DNA of 64,000 bases from Chloroflexota bacterium (GCA_003141955.1 PLOC01000020.1:26287-90286); one strand, 5' to 3'; positions 9,239 to 18,755 are shown, counted from the stretch's first letter. The notes: generated from the sequence alone by a model not told the origin. A program made the numbers and translations.

Positions 9239-9892
9239 ATGAGTTCCGACGGGAAGCCGGGAGAGAGCGCTTTCGAGGACGGTTCGCGCGCGGAGCGGCG
9301 GCGGGGCGGGCGTGTCGATCGAGTGGGCAGGCCTCGAATGGCAGACGTGACCGAACAGCCGGTCGTCGCCCGACGCGCGGTCGCTGAGGCCGAGGTCGCC
9401 GTGTCGCAGGAGACGCTGAGTGCCATAGTCGACGGCACGAACCCCAAAGGCGACGTCCTGAGCGTTGCCGAGCTGGCCGGCGTCATGGCCGGCAAGCGTG
9501 CCAGCGACCTGATCCCGCTCTGCCACCCCGTGGCTCTGACGGATCTGCTCGTTCGCGGCGTTCCGGACCGGGCCGCCGGCCTGATCCGCATCCGCGTGGA
9601 GACGGCGGCGATCGGCCCGGGCGGCGTCGAGATGGAAGCCCTGACAGCGGCGGCCGTGGCGGCCCTCACGGTCTACGACATGGTCCGGGATGTGGATCCC
9701 TCGGCCGCAGTGCGCGGCATCAAGCTGCTCTCGCGCTCGGGCGGGGAGGCCGATGCCTGGCAACGTGCGCCGGAGGCGGGCCCGGGTCGGGATGCGAGGG
9801 CTCCGAGGGGCGCCAGGGTCGCCGGTCGGATACTCAGCCCGCCACCTCGCGGGTCCGGTGGCCGCATTCCACCGCGCCGGTACGGTCCCTGA
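9239..9892 (+). CDS. moaC: cyclic pyranopterin monophosphate synthase MoaC
   Basis: MADVTEQPVVARRAVAEAEV..., PKGDVLSVAELAGVMAGKRASDLIPLCHP and EMEALTAAAVAALTVYDM blocks. The N-terminal start is uncertain (9239 or 9338). There is a roughly 45-aa Arg/Pro-rich C-terminal tail. Confidence 0.85.
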   Translation: MSSDGKPGESAFEDGSRAERRRGGRVDRVGRPRMADVTEQPVVARRAVAEAEVAVSQETLSAIVDGTNPKGDVLSVAELAGVMAGKRASDLIPLCHPVALTDLLVRGVPDRAAGLIRIRVETAAIGPGGVEMEALTAAAVAALTVYDMVRDVDPSAAVRGIKLLSRSGGEADAWQRAPEAGPGRDARAPRGARVAGRILSPPPRGSGGRIPPRRYGP

Positions 9893-10046
9893 GCGGCCTG
9901 GGACGCCCAATCCCGCGCGCTATCGCGCCTCGGAGGGAAGGTCGGGGTAGTACGTTTGGGGCGAGCTGCGGGTTCATCTTGGGGCGGGTCGTGGCCGGGA
10001 TCGGTCGCTACATTTAGCGGCGCGCTTCCCAAAGAAGGACCACGCC

Positions 10047-10586
10047 GTGCCCGAAGCCAGGGTCGTTCTACCACTCGTGATCTTCTTCATCATGGGCGCC
10101 GCCGTGCTGTGGCTGCTCTGGCGAGTGGTGGTCGCGGGTGGCCGGGCCCGGCGCGAAACCGCATCGGGCGTTGCCGCGGCCGAGATGGCACGCCGTTCCG
10201 AGACCCTGTTGGGCGAGCTGCTCGTCGTAGTGGACGAGATGCGGCGGCGCAAGATCGCGCCCCAGGACGCCGAGCCGGAAATGGCCGCGGCGCAGGATGC
10301 CCTGCGACGCTACATCCAGGATGCCATGGCGCTCAGCCGAAGCGGAGCGTGGGCGACCACGGCGGCGGCGCTGGCAGCCGACATGGAGCGAGCCCAGAGG
10401 GCGATAGATCTGGTCGCACATGGAGGGGAGCTGCTGGCGGACGTTTCCGGCGTTGATTGGGGCGAGGGGGAGACTTCCGTGAAACGGGGCTACCTCAATC
10501 TGGTCCATGCCCGCGAGGCGATCCGCGAGCGGCGCGAGACGATAGTGCAGGTTTCCCAGGCCGGTCGGTCGAGCTGGGGCGGCTGA
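10047..10586 (+). CDS. hypothetical single-pass membrane protein
   Basis: GTG start preceded by GAAGGA. One N-terminal TM helix (VVLPLVIFFIMGAAVLWLLW) followed by a helical soluble region. No family recognised. Confidence 0.45.
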   Translation: MPEARVVLPLVIFFIMGAAVLWLLWRVVVAGGRARRETASGVAAAEMARRSETLLGELLVVVDEMRRRKIAPQDAEPEMAAAQDALRRYIQDAMALSRSGAWATTAAALAADMERAQRAIDLVAHGGELLADVSGVDWGEGETSVKRGYLNLVHAREAIRERRETIVQVSQAGRSSWGG

Positions 10587-10671
10587 GCTGGCCGGCCGCG
10601 CCGGCTTGACCGATGCGCGGTGATATCCTCCACCGCAGACCACGGGCACCGTGGCGGAGGAGACGGAGCCG

Positions 10672-11145
10672 ATGCGCTGTCCGCGATGCGGCGAACGCGA
10701 AACCCGGGTCATTGACTCACGGGACCTGGACGAGGTCAGCATCAGGCGTCGCCGGGAATGCTCGGCCTGCTCGGCCCGATTCACCACCAATGAGCGGATC
10801 GAGGCCCCGCGTCTGGTCATCCTCAAGCGCGACGGGTCCCGCGAGGAATTCGACCGCGAGAAGCTGGTGGTGGGGCTCCGCAAGGCCCTGGTCCGCCGCC
10901 CGGTCGCGGAGGACGCCGCGGACCGCGCCGCGGACCAGATCGAGGCCGAGCTTCGCGCGTCGGGTTCCTCGGAGGTTGAATCCTCGGATGTCGGCCGGCT
11001 GGCCATGGAGAAGCTGCGGGCCATCGACCAGATCGCCTACATCCGATTCGCCAGCGTCTACCAGAGCTTCGAGGACCTCGAGGCCCTGAAGCGCGAGGTC
11101 GATAACCTCTACGCCCAGCGCGAAAGCGGAGCCGCGGTCAAGTGA
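10672..11145 (+). CDS. nrdR: transcriptional repressor NrdR
   Basis: MRCPRCG...CSAC zinc ribbon followed by an ATP-cone. The start is taken at the canonical MRCP ATG. The track ORF starts at GTG 10651. Confidence 0.9.
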   Translation: MRCPRCGERETRVIDSRDLDEVSIRRRRECSACSARFTTNERIEAPRLVILKRDGSREEFDREKLVVGLRKALVRRPVAEDAADRAADQIEAELRASGSSEVESSDVGRLAMEKLRAIDQIAYIRFASVYQSFEDLEALKREVDNLYAQRESGAAVK

Positions 11146-11747
11146 GCGTGCTCTCCGACCGCGACATCGCCGGAGCCCTGGAGGTCGGCCGAATCAAGAT
11201 CGACCCGTACGATCGGGCGGATCTGCAGCCGTCTTCGGTCGACCTGCACCTCGACCGCAGCTTCCGGGTCTTTCGCAATAACCGCTATCCCTACATAGAC
11301 GTCCGGACGGCCCAACCCGACCTGACCGAGCTGCTGGCCGTCGGGGACGACGAGGCGTTCGTGCTGCACCCCGGCGAGTTCGTGCTCGGCCAGACGCTCG
11401 AGTGGGTCGAGCTGTCGGACGACCTAGTGGCTCGCCTGGAGGGCAAGTCGTCGCTCGGACGGCTGGGCCTGCTCATCCATTCGACCGCCGGGTATGTCGA
11501 CCCTGGCTGGAAGGGCAAGCTCACGCTGGAACTCTCGAACGTCGCCACGCTTCCGATCGCGCTCTATTTCGGGATGAAGATCGGGCAGATCAGCTTCCTG
11601 ACGATGTCGAGCCCAGTCGAACGACCGTACGGCTCGGCAGGCCTGGGGTCGAAATACCAGGGTCAGGCGGAGCCCACCGCCTCGGCATTCTTCGAGGACT
11701 TCGAGCGCGGTCGCCGAACCCCCTCGGCGCCCAGGAGGAAGCAATGA
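11142..11747 (+). CDS. dcd: dCTP deaminase
   Basis: MSVLSDRDI..., SSVDLHL and [10 protein letters not shown] blocks. GTGA overlap with the nrdR stop. Confidence 0.9.
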   Translation: MSVLSDRDIAGALEVGRIKIDPYDRADLQPSSVDLHLDRSFRVFRNNRYPYIDVRTAQPDLTELLAVGDDEAFVLHPGEFVLGQTLEWVELSDDLVARLEGKSSLGRLGLLIHSTAGYVDPGWKGKLTLELSNVATLPIALYFGMKIGQISFLTMSSPVERPYGSAGLGSKYQGQAEPTASAFFEDFERGRRTPSAPRRKQ

Positions 11748-12607
11748 CGACGCTCAACGACGCCGTCGACTGGTCGGCCGACCTCGGCGGAGGGACTCGA
11801 GTCGCGCTCATCCAGGCCGGCGCTTTCCGCTCGGACGCGGGCGCACTCCTGGGCGTCGTGCCACGGATGATGTGGAACGACCTGGTGGCCCAGGAGATCG
11901 ACGAGCAGCACCGCATCCTGCAGGCCCTCAACTGCCTGCTGGTGGAGACGCCCGCCGGTCGAGTGCTTGTCGAGACCGGAATCGGGGACCGGATCAGCGA
12001 CAAGGTCAGGGCAATGCGCGCCTACGAGGGACTGTGGATCGTTCCGGCGCTGCAGAAAGCCGGCTTCGACCCCGCCTCGGTCGACGCCGTGGTGGTGAGC
12101 CACCTACATTTCGACCATGCCGGCGGCGTACTGCAGGCAGACGGTGGGCTTGCCTTTCCCCGGGCGAGCTTCGTGGCCCAGCTGGCGGAATGGGAGATCG
12201 CCATGGGCGACAACGCGCGACTCGTGGCCGCCTACGACCAGCCGGAACTGCGGCTCGTGCGCGATCTCGGGCTGGGCGGCATCGTGGAGGGCGAGGCCGA
12301 GATTCTGCCGGGCGTCAGCGTCATACCGACCGGCGGCCACTCGGCCGGTCATCAGGGCGTGCTGATCCGTGGCAGAGACGAGACGATCGCCTTCCTCGGC
12401 GACCTGTTCATGCGGCCCTGGAGCGCGAACCCGCGCTGGGTCACCGCCTTCGACGATTTCCCGCTCGACTCGGTCCTGGTCAAGGCATCGCTGTTTGCCC
12501 GCGCTTCCGCCGAGGGCTGGACGATCGTGCTATCGCACGAGCCATTTCATCCGGTCGGTCGCCTCGTACGCGACCGCGATCGCTACCACTTCGAGGCGAG
12601 CGTGTGA
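11744..12607 (+). CDS. MBL-fold metallo-hydrolase
   Basis: HLHFDHAGG (HxHxDH) motif. ATGA overlap with the dcd stop, and AGGAGGA upstream. Confidence 0.75.
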   Translation: MTTLNDAVDWSADLGGGTRVALIQAGAFRSDAGALLGVVPRMMWNDLVAQEIDEQHRILQALNCLLVETPAGRVLVETGIGDRISDKVRAMRAYEGLWIVPALQKAGFDPASVDAVVVSHLHFDHAGGVLQADGGLAFPRASFVAQLAEWEIAMGDNARLVAAYDQPELRLVRDLGLGGIVEGEAEILPGVSVIPTGGHSAGHQGVLIRGRDETIAFLGDLFMRPWSANPRWVTAFDDFPLDSVLVKASLFARASAEGWTIVLSHEPFHPVGRLVRDRDRYHFEASV

Positions 12608-12676
12608 CACCGGCGTCGTCCTGAGGTGCCCCCGGCCCGTCCGCCTTTGGCCTCGGACGCGGTAACATCGGCACGG

Positions 12677-12752
12677 GCCCCCGTAGCTCAGTGGACAGAG
12701 CGCCGCCGTCCTAAGGCGGGCGTCGTCGGTTCGAGTCCGGCCGGGGGCGCCA
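12677..12752 (+). tRNA. tRNA-Arg (anticodon CCT)
   Basis: Hand-folded. Acceptor GCCCCCG/CGGGGGC, D stem GCTC/GAGC, anticodon stem CCGCC/GGCGG with loop GT-CCT-AA, T loop TTCGAGT. CCA is encoded. Confidence 0.9.
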
Positions 12753-12790
12753 AACCCCGTCGGACCTGGGAGGGGCAGCGGGAGCAGTCC

Positions 12791-13453
12791 ATGGTGTTCC
12801 GTGCACGCGCCATCACCGTGATCGTGTTCGCGGTCGCCATGGCTTACATGGAAGCGGCCGTCGTCGTCTATCTGCAGCGAGCACTGGGCATCACGCCCGA
12901 CCAGCTCTTCCCGCTGCGCGGCCCTGAGATGGTCGGCGACCTCGCCGCGATAGAGGTGGGGCGTGAGTTCGCCACCCTGATCATGCTCGGGGGGATTGGC
13001 TGGCTGACGGGCCGGACGTGGCTCGAGCGGATGGCCTGGGGCGCGGTCGCATTCGGCGTTTGGGATGTCTTCTACTACGTGTGGCTGTGGATCTTCGTGG
13101 GCTGGCCCCACTCGCCGGGCACCTGGGACGTGCTCTTCCTCATCCCGGTGCCGTGGATAGGGCCGGTCTGGGCGCCCCTGGCCGTGAGCGCCGCTCTGGT
13201 TGGCTTTGGATTGACGGCAGCCCGCCGGGCAGAGAGGGGAGCGGCTCTTCGCGCAGGGCGGCGCGAGGTCGGTCTCGGACTGGTCGGCGGCCTGCTCGTG
13301 GTGCTGAGCTTCACGGCCGACGCGCCGCGCATCATGGCCGGCGGTCTGCCGGGCTGGTTCCCTTGGCCGCTCTTCGCTGCGGGCATGGCCTCGGCGGCAT
13401 GCGGAGCCTGCCTCGTCCTGCGATACGGGGTGCGAGAGACGCAGGCGGCTTGA
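12791..13453 (+). CDS. hypothetical polytopic membrane protein
   Basis: 220 aa from an internal ATG of the track ORF. About 6 hydrophobic segments, Trp-rich. No family recognised. Confidence 0.55.
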   Translation: MVFRARAITVIVFAVAMAYMEAAVVVYLQRALGITPDQLFPLRGPEMVGDLAAIEVGREFATLIMLGGIGWLTGRTWLERMAWGAVAFGVWDVFYYVWLWIFVGWPHSPGTWDVLFLIPVPWIGPVWAPLAVSAALVGFGLTAARRAERGAALRAGRREVGLGLVGGLLVVLSFTADAPRIMAGGLPGWFPWPLFAAGMASAACGACLVLRYGVRETQAA

Positions 13454-13542
13454 GGGCCGCCCTCCTCTGCCGACTCCTTCCGTGGAGGCAGTCTGGTCGG
13501 CTGAGGGCCGGCCGGCCGGCCGCGCAGGCGCAGGAGAGACGC

Positions 13543-13986
13543 ATGGAACCGAGCATTCGCACGGACTTCAACGAACTGCTGACGCCCGTGCTCGGCCTCG
13601 CCGAGAAGATGATCGAGGATACAGGCGAGTTCCGGCCCTTCGGCGCCCGGCTGGCGGCGAGCGGCCAGCTGGCCGTGATCGACGTCGCGCCCACGCTGAG
13701 GGACCCGTCCAATCCACTGATCATCGATTCGCTGTATGCGACGTTCCGCCTGCAGGCACGGGCCGGGACCATCAAGGCGTGCGCGGTGTGCTGGGACGCG
13801 CTGGTGCCCAAGGAGCAGGGCGGCGGGCTGACCGAGGCGATAGCCATCGGCCTGGAGCACCGCGATGGCGACCCGACGGTCGTTCTCTGCACGTACGAGC
13901 GCGAGCCTTCCGGCGACGTTCACTTCGACGACCCGATTACCGCGCTGGGGCGGCGGCACGTCTTTGGGACGGTGCTCTTCTCCTGA
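13543..13986 (+). CDS. hypothetical protein
   Basis: 147 aa. The ATG is preceded by AGGAGAG. Composition is not low-complexity. No family recognised. Confidence 0.5.
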   Translation: MEPSIRTDFNELLTPVLGLAEKMIEDTGEFRPFGARLAASGQLAVIDVAPTLRDPSNPLIIDSLYATFRLQARAGTIKACAVCWDALVPKEQGGGLTEAIAIGLEHRDGDPTVVLCTYEREPSGDVHFDDPITALGRRHVFGTVLFS

Positions 13987-14182
13987 CGCCGCCGGCGGCG
14001 GGGTTGCCTGAGCGCGGTCGCGGGCACGGCCGACGCTCCAACTGGCCGGTATTGGCCGGTCCTGGTCGGGTCGGCGTATCCTAAGTCTGGCGGTTCAGCG
14101 CACGGCTGTCCGTCACGCAGTCCTGGGTCGCCGCGTCATTCGGCAGGGCCGCGGACGCGGCAAACGGGACGACGCGGAGGAA

Positions 14183-15055
14183 ATGGGTTTGATGGCGCGG
14201 CGGTCGAAGCCACGATGGCGGGCTCTGATTGGGGTTGGAGCCTACGCGGCCTTATGCGTAGTGCTCGCGTCGGCGGCCTGGGTGGCAGTCGGAACAGCGG
14301 CCGCCCATGGCCCTGCGGCGATGCCGTCTACGATCGCTGTCGCCCCCGCGCCGACCGAGACGCCCACAGCGACCGATTCGGCGACGCCGGACCCGACGGG
14401 CACGCCCTTCACATGGCCGTCCTTTCCCGCGGGTCCTACTCCCAGTCCGACGCCGGGCCCCTTCAGCATGGATATCTACAAGGCCGGCACCTTCATCTCG
14501 CAGCACGACAAGGAAGCCTGCATGGCCGGCGCAGTGCAGAACATGCTCAACATCATCGGACCGAACGTTAACCTGACGCCGGCGCACCAGGTGGTGATCA
14601 GCAACACCATCATCGCCAACACCACCAAGTCGGACAGCCTCAACGGCGGCTACGGTCCTGCTGGCTGGGCCATCACAATGACCCAATTGGGCGGCGGCCA
14701 CTATAAGCTGCTTATTGACGATTCCCTGAACCAGGCGATGGACGACGCCGCTACGGCGTTGCGCAAGACGAACCGGCCCGTGGGACTGCTCGCATGGAAG
14801 GGCGCCCACGCCTGGGTGATGACCGGGTTCCAGTCGACCTATGACCCGCGCTACTACCCCGGATTCTTCACCGTCACGGGCGCGTACATCGTGGACCCGT
14901 TCTACCCGCGTTTGAGCTCGATCTGGGGCCAGACGCTGCCCCCGGACACCTTCCGCGACATGACCGCCATGGCGAAGAACTACCTCCCCTGGAAGAGGCC
15001 GGAGGGCCACTATCCCGGTCGTGACGGGAAATGGCTCCTGGTGGTTCCGTACTGA
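14183..15055 (+). CDS. membrane-anchored/secreted papain-fold cysteine peptidase (C39-like)
   Basis: N-terminal TM/signal anchor, then a Pro/Thr linker, then a domain with Q-x5-C (QHDKEACMAGAVQNML), a later GAHAWVMTGF His block and YIVDP Asp. Confidence 0.6.
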   Translation: MGLMARRSKPRWRALIGVGAYAALCVVLASAAWVAVGTAAAHGPAAMPSTIAVAPAPTETPTATDSATPDPTGTPFTWPSFPAGPTPSPTPGPFSMDIYKAGTFISQHDKEACMAGAVQNMLNIIGPNVNLTPAHQVVISNTIIANTTKSDSLNGGYGPAGWAITMTQLGGGHYKLLIDDSLNQAMDDAATALRKTNRPVGLLAWKGAHAWVMTGFQSTYDPRYYPGFFTVTGAYIVDPFYPRLSSIWGQTLPPDTFRDMTAMAKNYLPWKRPEGHYPGRDGKWLLVVPY

Positions 15056-15072
15056 GCGGCCAGGCGGGCGCG

Positions 15073-15537
15073 TCAGCCGTGACAGCCTGCGCAGCGTCCC
15101 GAGATCGTCACGTGCGATAGATCCACGTCAAAGCCCAGCTGGGAGGCGAGCGCGTCCACGATGACGGCTGCGGTTTCGGGCCGGATCTCCCAGGTCATAC
15201 CGCAGCCCACGCAGTACAGGTGACCGTGGACCTGTTGGGGCAGGATGTGGTACTCCTCGCGGCCGTCGTGCCCGTGGCCGTGTTTCACAAGCCCCAGGTC
15301 CTCGAGCAGGTCGAGAGTCCGATACACCGTTGAGGGGGTCGTCGTCTGATCGCGCTCCCGGCAGCGCGCGATCAACTCCGTGGCGGTGACGTGCCCTTCG
15401 CGTTCTCGCAGGACTTCGACCAGCGTGCGGCGTTGAGGGGTCCAGCGCAGTCCGCCGGCTCTGATCCGATCGGCGGCGCCATCCCACGGGCTCACGGCGG
15501 CCTCGCCGGCGCTGGCGTTCGTCTCTGGTTGTGGCAC
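15073..15537 (-). CDS. Fur family transcriptional regulator (possibly Ni/Co-responsive)
   Basis: Winged-helix RWTPQRRTLVEVL...TVYRTLDLLEDLGLV, an HGHGHD metal site and two CxxC pairs (CVGC, CAGC). The start is taken at GTG 15537, preceded by AAAGGA. Confidence 0.85.
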   Translation of the reverse strand: MPQPETNASAGEAAVSPWDGAADRIRAGGLRWTPQRRTLVEVLREREGHVTATELIARCRERDQTTTPSTVYRTLDLLEDLGLVKHGHGHDGREEYHILPQQVHGHLYCVGCGMTWEIRPETAAVIVDALASQLGFDVDLSHVTISGRCAGCHG

Positions 15538-15601
15538 TGGGCGGTCCTTTCTGCGCCCCGATTGTCGCGCATCGGCCCGAGGCCGTAGACTTGTGTCAGC
15601 C

Positions 15602-15613
15602 GCAACTCGTTGC
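15602..15613. promoter_or_regulatory. short inverted repeat in the fur-like/cbiM divergent intergenic region (candidate operator)
   Basis: GCAAC-TC-GTTGC, centred between the two divergent starts. Confidence 0.25.
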
Positions 15614-15655
15614 AATAGCAAAGTGTAGCGGCAGGCGGAACAGGTGGAGGGCCAC

Positions 15656-16939
15656 GTGCACATTCCCGACGGCTACCTGGCGCCGGCTGTCTCCCTTGCC
15701 CTGGCCCTTCCGACCGTCCCGGTCTGGGCGGTCGCGACTCAGAAGGTCAAGAAGGTCCTGAACAACAGGACCGTGCCGCTGCTGGCGATATTCTCGGCCT
15801 TCAGCTTCACGATCATGATGTTCAACGTGCCGGTTCCGGGGGGGACCACGGCCCACGCAGTAGGAGGGACGCTCGTTGCCGTCGTCCTTGGACCATGGGC
15901 CGCATGCATAGCCGTCAGTACGGCGCTCATCATTCAGGCGCTCTTCTTCGGTGACGGCGGCGTGCTGGCCATATTCGCCAACTGCCTCAACATGGCGATC
16001 ATCCTGCCCTTCGTCGGCTACGGGACATACCGCCTCCTCGCCGCGGGATCGCCGGTGCTGTCGACGCGGCGAGCCGTGGCCGCGGGCATCGGTGCTTACG
16101 TGGGCATCACCGTCGCGGCGTTCACGGTGGGCGTCGAACTGGGCATCGAGCCGATCTTCTTCTCCCAGAACGGACACGCTCTCTACAGCCCGTACGGTCT
16201 GTCCGAGGCGATCCCGGCGATGGTTGCCGCGCACGCCTTCGGCGCTTCGATCGTGGAGGGTCTGATCACGGGTCTGGGCGTGGCGTACCTGCAGCGCCGG
16301 CATCCCGAGTATCTGACGAGCCTGAAGGGAATCTTCGCCCCCGACGCGGCCGCCGAAGGCACCCCCGTCCAGCGCCCGCTCTGGCAGCTGGTGGCGGCTG
16401 CGGTCGCTGCCGCCGTCGTGGCCCTGGCCGCCATCGGTCTGATCGAGGGCGGCGGGAACCCCAACCGCATGTTCGGTGCCGACTTGTCGCAGGTCGACTG
16501 GCCGTCGGTGGCCACGATGCTGGTGGTGACCGCCCTGATCGGCGCCATCCTGATACCAGCCACCTATCTGCTCTTGCCGCGCAACGTCAAACGGATCGCT
16601 ACGACCTTCGTGACGATCGCCGTGATCGCTCCGCTGGGTCTCATCGCTCCCGGGATCGCCTACGGCGAAGGCGGCACCGAGAACGTCAAGGCTGCGTTCG
16701 GATACGTGCCCTCGGGCCTGCAGAGCCTTTCGGGCATCTTTAGCGCTCCATTCGGCGGGTACAACGTACCGCTGCCCTTCTTCTCTGATGCGAACGCACC
16801 GCTCTGGCACGCCGCCATCGGCTACGAGATCGCCGGCATCATCGGGATACTCGCGGTCGGCGGCGTCACCTACACGGTCGCTCGTCTGCTCCGTCGCTCA
16901 GCCGGGCATGCCCCGACGGCGGCGGAAGCCGGCTCGTGA
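15656..16939 (+). CDS. cbiM: ECF-type Co/Ni transporter substrate-capture component CbiM/NikM fused to a CbiN/NikN-like C-terminal membrane domain
   Basis: With the GTG at 15656 the N-terminus reads MHIPDGYL, the canonical CbiM/NikM start, and GGAGGG lies upstream. About 200 extra C-terminal residues carry additional TM helices. Confidence 0.8.
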   Translation: MHIPDGYLAPAVSLALALPTVPVWAVATQKVKKVLNNRTVPLLAIFSAFSFTIMMFNVPVPGGTTAHAVGGTLVAVVLGPWAACIAVSTALIIQALFFGDGGVLAIFANCLNMAIILPFVGYGTYRLLAAGSPVLSTRRAVAAGIGAYVGITVAAFTVGVELGIEPIFFSQNGHALYSPYGLSEAIPAMVAAHAFGASIVEGLITGLGVAYLQRRHPEYLTSLKGIFAPDAAAEGTPVQRPLWQLVAAAVAAAVVALAAIGLIEGGGNPNRMFGADLSQVDWPSVATMLVVTALIGAILIPATYLLLPRNVKRIATTFVTIAVIAPLGLIAPGIAYGEGGTENVKAAFGYVPSGLQSLSGIFSAPFGGYNVPLPFFSDANAPLWHAAIGYEIAGIIGILAVGGVTYTVARLLRRSAGHAPTAAEAGS

Positions 16940-17802
16940 CCGCCGTCCTTGCCGGGCGCCCGGCACCGAACGGACGCATCGGCTGGCTGGAGCAGACTGT
17001 CGGCGGCATCACCGCCAACATCGAGCATGCGATCTTCACCGAGCGGCACGCTCGCTCGGATGGATGGCTGCAGCGACGCGACCCCCGGGCGAAACTGGTC
17101 GGCTTCCTCACGGCGATCCTCGCGGCAAGCCTGGCAAGCTCGGTCGTCGGGCTCGCTCTCCTGTATGCGGCGACCCTCGCGGCGGCGCGGGCGAGCCGCG
17201 TTCCGTTCGGCTTCTTCGTCAAGCGCGTCTGGCTCGGGATCCCGTTCTTCGCGGGGATCGTAGTCGTGCCGGCGATCTTCTTCGTGCCGGGAGACAGGGT
17301 CTTCGACCTCGCGCTCGGCCCGGCTCATCTGGCTCCCTCCTGGAACGGCCTGGCCGGAGCCGTGCTGTTCGTCAGCCGGGTGGGAGTATCAGTCTCTCTG
17401 GCCGTCCTGATGGTCGTCACGACCCCGTGGGCGGACGTTCTGAAGAGCCTTCGCGCGCTCCGGACGCCGCAGGTCTTCGTTCTCGTCCTCTCGATGACCT
17501 ACCGCTACATCTTCCTGTTCCTCCACACGGCGAACGGGATGCTCCTGGCCCGCAAGAGCCGCGTGGTGGGCCGGACGAGCGGCGGAGAGCAGCGCCGCTG
17601 GATCACCGGCACCATGGGCAACCTGATGAGCCGCGCCTTCAAGATGAGCAACGACGTGTACGCGGCCATGCTCGCGCGCGGCTTTACCGGGGAAGTGCGT
17701 GTGTACAGCACCTACCGAATGCGGGCGGCCGACTGGCTGGCTCTTGGCGCCACGGGGGCGTTCGGTGTTGCCGCCGTGCTCGCGTCGCGGGTCGTGGCGT
17801 GA
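16936..17802 (+). CDS. cbiQ: ECF transporter transmembrane (T) component CbiQ
   Basis: Polytopic protein with CbiQ/EcfT-like ARxxR region (LLARKSRVVGR). GTGA overlap with the cbiM stop. Confidence 0.8.
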   Translation: MTAVLAGRPAPNGRIGWLEQTVGGITANIEHAIFTERHARSDGWLQRRDPRAKLVGFLTAILAASLASSVVGLALLYAATLAAARASRVPFGFFVKRVWLGIPFFAGIVVVPAIFFVPGDRVFDLALGPAHLAPSWNGLAGAVLFVSRVGVSVSLAVLMVVTTPWADVLKSLRALRTPQVFVLVLSMTYRYIFLFLHTANGMLLARKSRVVGRTSGGEQRRWITGTMGNLMSRAFKMSNDVYAAMLARGFTGEVRVYSTYRMRAADWLALGATGAFGVAAVLASRVVA

Positions 17803-18755
17803 AGGGCCGAGATGTCGATTCGGCGGCCGGCGAGCCGAGGCGGGAGGCTGTGGGGCCGGGCGAACCGCTGTTCAGCCTTCGAGAGGTCGGATACGTCTAT
17901 TCGGGCCGCCAAACCGCCCTCGATGGCCTCAACCTGGACATCTGGCCGGGCGAGCGTGTCGTCCTGCTGGGTGCCAACGGAAGCGGCAAGTCGACCCTGC
18001 TGAAGCTCCTCGATGGCATTGCCGCCCCATCCCGCGGCACGATGCGGGCCCTCGGCTGCGACGTCGCGGCCGTGGCGGCCGGCCAGGAGGCCTTCACCTT
18101 CCACCGCCAGGTCGGACTGGTCTTCCAGGACCCGGACATCCAGCTCTTCAGCGCAACTGTCCTCGACGATGTGGCGTTCGGGCCGCTTCAGCTGGGCCTG
18201 ACCACGGAGGAGGTACGCGAGCGCTGCGACGAGGCCTTGGCGGCGATGGAGATCGCCCACCTGGCGGACAGGGCGCCCTTCGAGCTCTCGGGCGGCGAGA
18301 AGAAGCGCGCAGCGATCGCCTCCGTCCTTTCGCTCCGTCCGGAGGTTCTCCTCTTGGACGAGCCCACAGCCTCACTTGACCCGCGGACCAAGTGGGTTCT
18401 CGTTGATCTGATCCAGCGTCTCGGGGCGGCGGGCCGGACGCTCGTCGTCGCAACTCATGAACTGGACATAGTGCCCCTGATCGCCGATCGGGCCGTGGTT
18501 CTGAATGAGCAGGGGAGAGTAGTGGCGGATGGCGATCCGGCTGCGATCCTGGCGGACACGGACCTGCTCGTTCGGGCGAATCTGATCCACGAACACCTCC
18601 ACCGGCACGGTCCGATCAGCCACTCGCACCGGCACGACACCGCGGACGAGGGTCATTACCACGCCCCGGAGACGCTCGACGGGGCTCCGCTCGCCGAGTC
18701 GGCTGACACGGAGCGACCGGGTGCGACGCGCGTGGCTCCCATCGAGCGCAGCTAG
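17799..18755 (+). CDS. cbiO: ECF transporter ATPase CbiO
   Basis: Walker A GANGSGKST, signature LSGGEKKR, Walker B LLLDEP. GTGA overlap with the cbiQ stop. His-rich C-terminal tail (HEHLHRHGPISHSHRHDTADEGHYH). Confidence 0.87.
   Translation: MKGRDVDSAAGEPRREAVGPGEPLFSLREVGYVYSGRQTALDGLNLDIWPGERVVLLGANGSGKSTLLKLLDGIAAPSRGTMRALGCDVAAVAAGQEAFTFHRQVGLVFQDPDIQLFSATVLDDVAFGPLQLGLTTEEVRERCDEALAAMEIAHLADRAPFELSGGEKKRAAIASVLSLRPEVLLLDEPTASLDPRTKWVLVDLIQRLGAAGRTLVVATHELDIVPLIADRAVVLNEQGRVVADGDPAAILADTDLLVRANLIHEHLHRHGPISHSHRHDTADEGHYHAPETLDGAPLAESADTERPGATRVAPIERS

Noticed and set aside
7778-9910. 710-aa ORF on the minus strand, opposite the M50 protease and moaC
   Set aside because: The translation is Arg/Pro/Gly/His-rich and low-complexity, with no recognisable motifs. 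The plus strand carries motif-bearing homologues (HELAH, MoaC blocks). This is a typical high-GC shadow ORF.
10587-10671. NrdR box or SD-sequestering hairpin upstream of nrdR (CCTCCACC ... GGTGGCGGAGG)
   Set aside because: The pairing is imperfect with a long loop, and there is no similarity to the NrdR-box consensus that I can verify by eye.
12753-15055. Possible genomic islet inserted next to tRNA-Arg (unknown membrane protein, unknown protein, C39-like peptidase)
   Set aside because: There is no integrase. By eye I could not find a direct repeat of the tRNA 3' end downstream. A compositional difference is only suggestive. A computed att-site or GC-skew analysis would be needed.
15538-15655. 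Cobalamin or NiCo riboswitch upstream of cbiM
   Set aside because: The region is only 118 nt and is shared with a divergent gene. No B12-box or GEMM-like cores were recognised. A protein regulator (Fur family) is the more plausible control.
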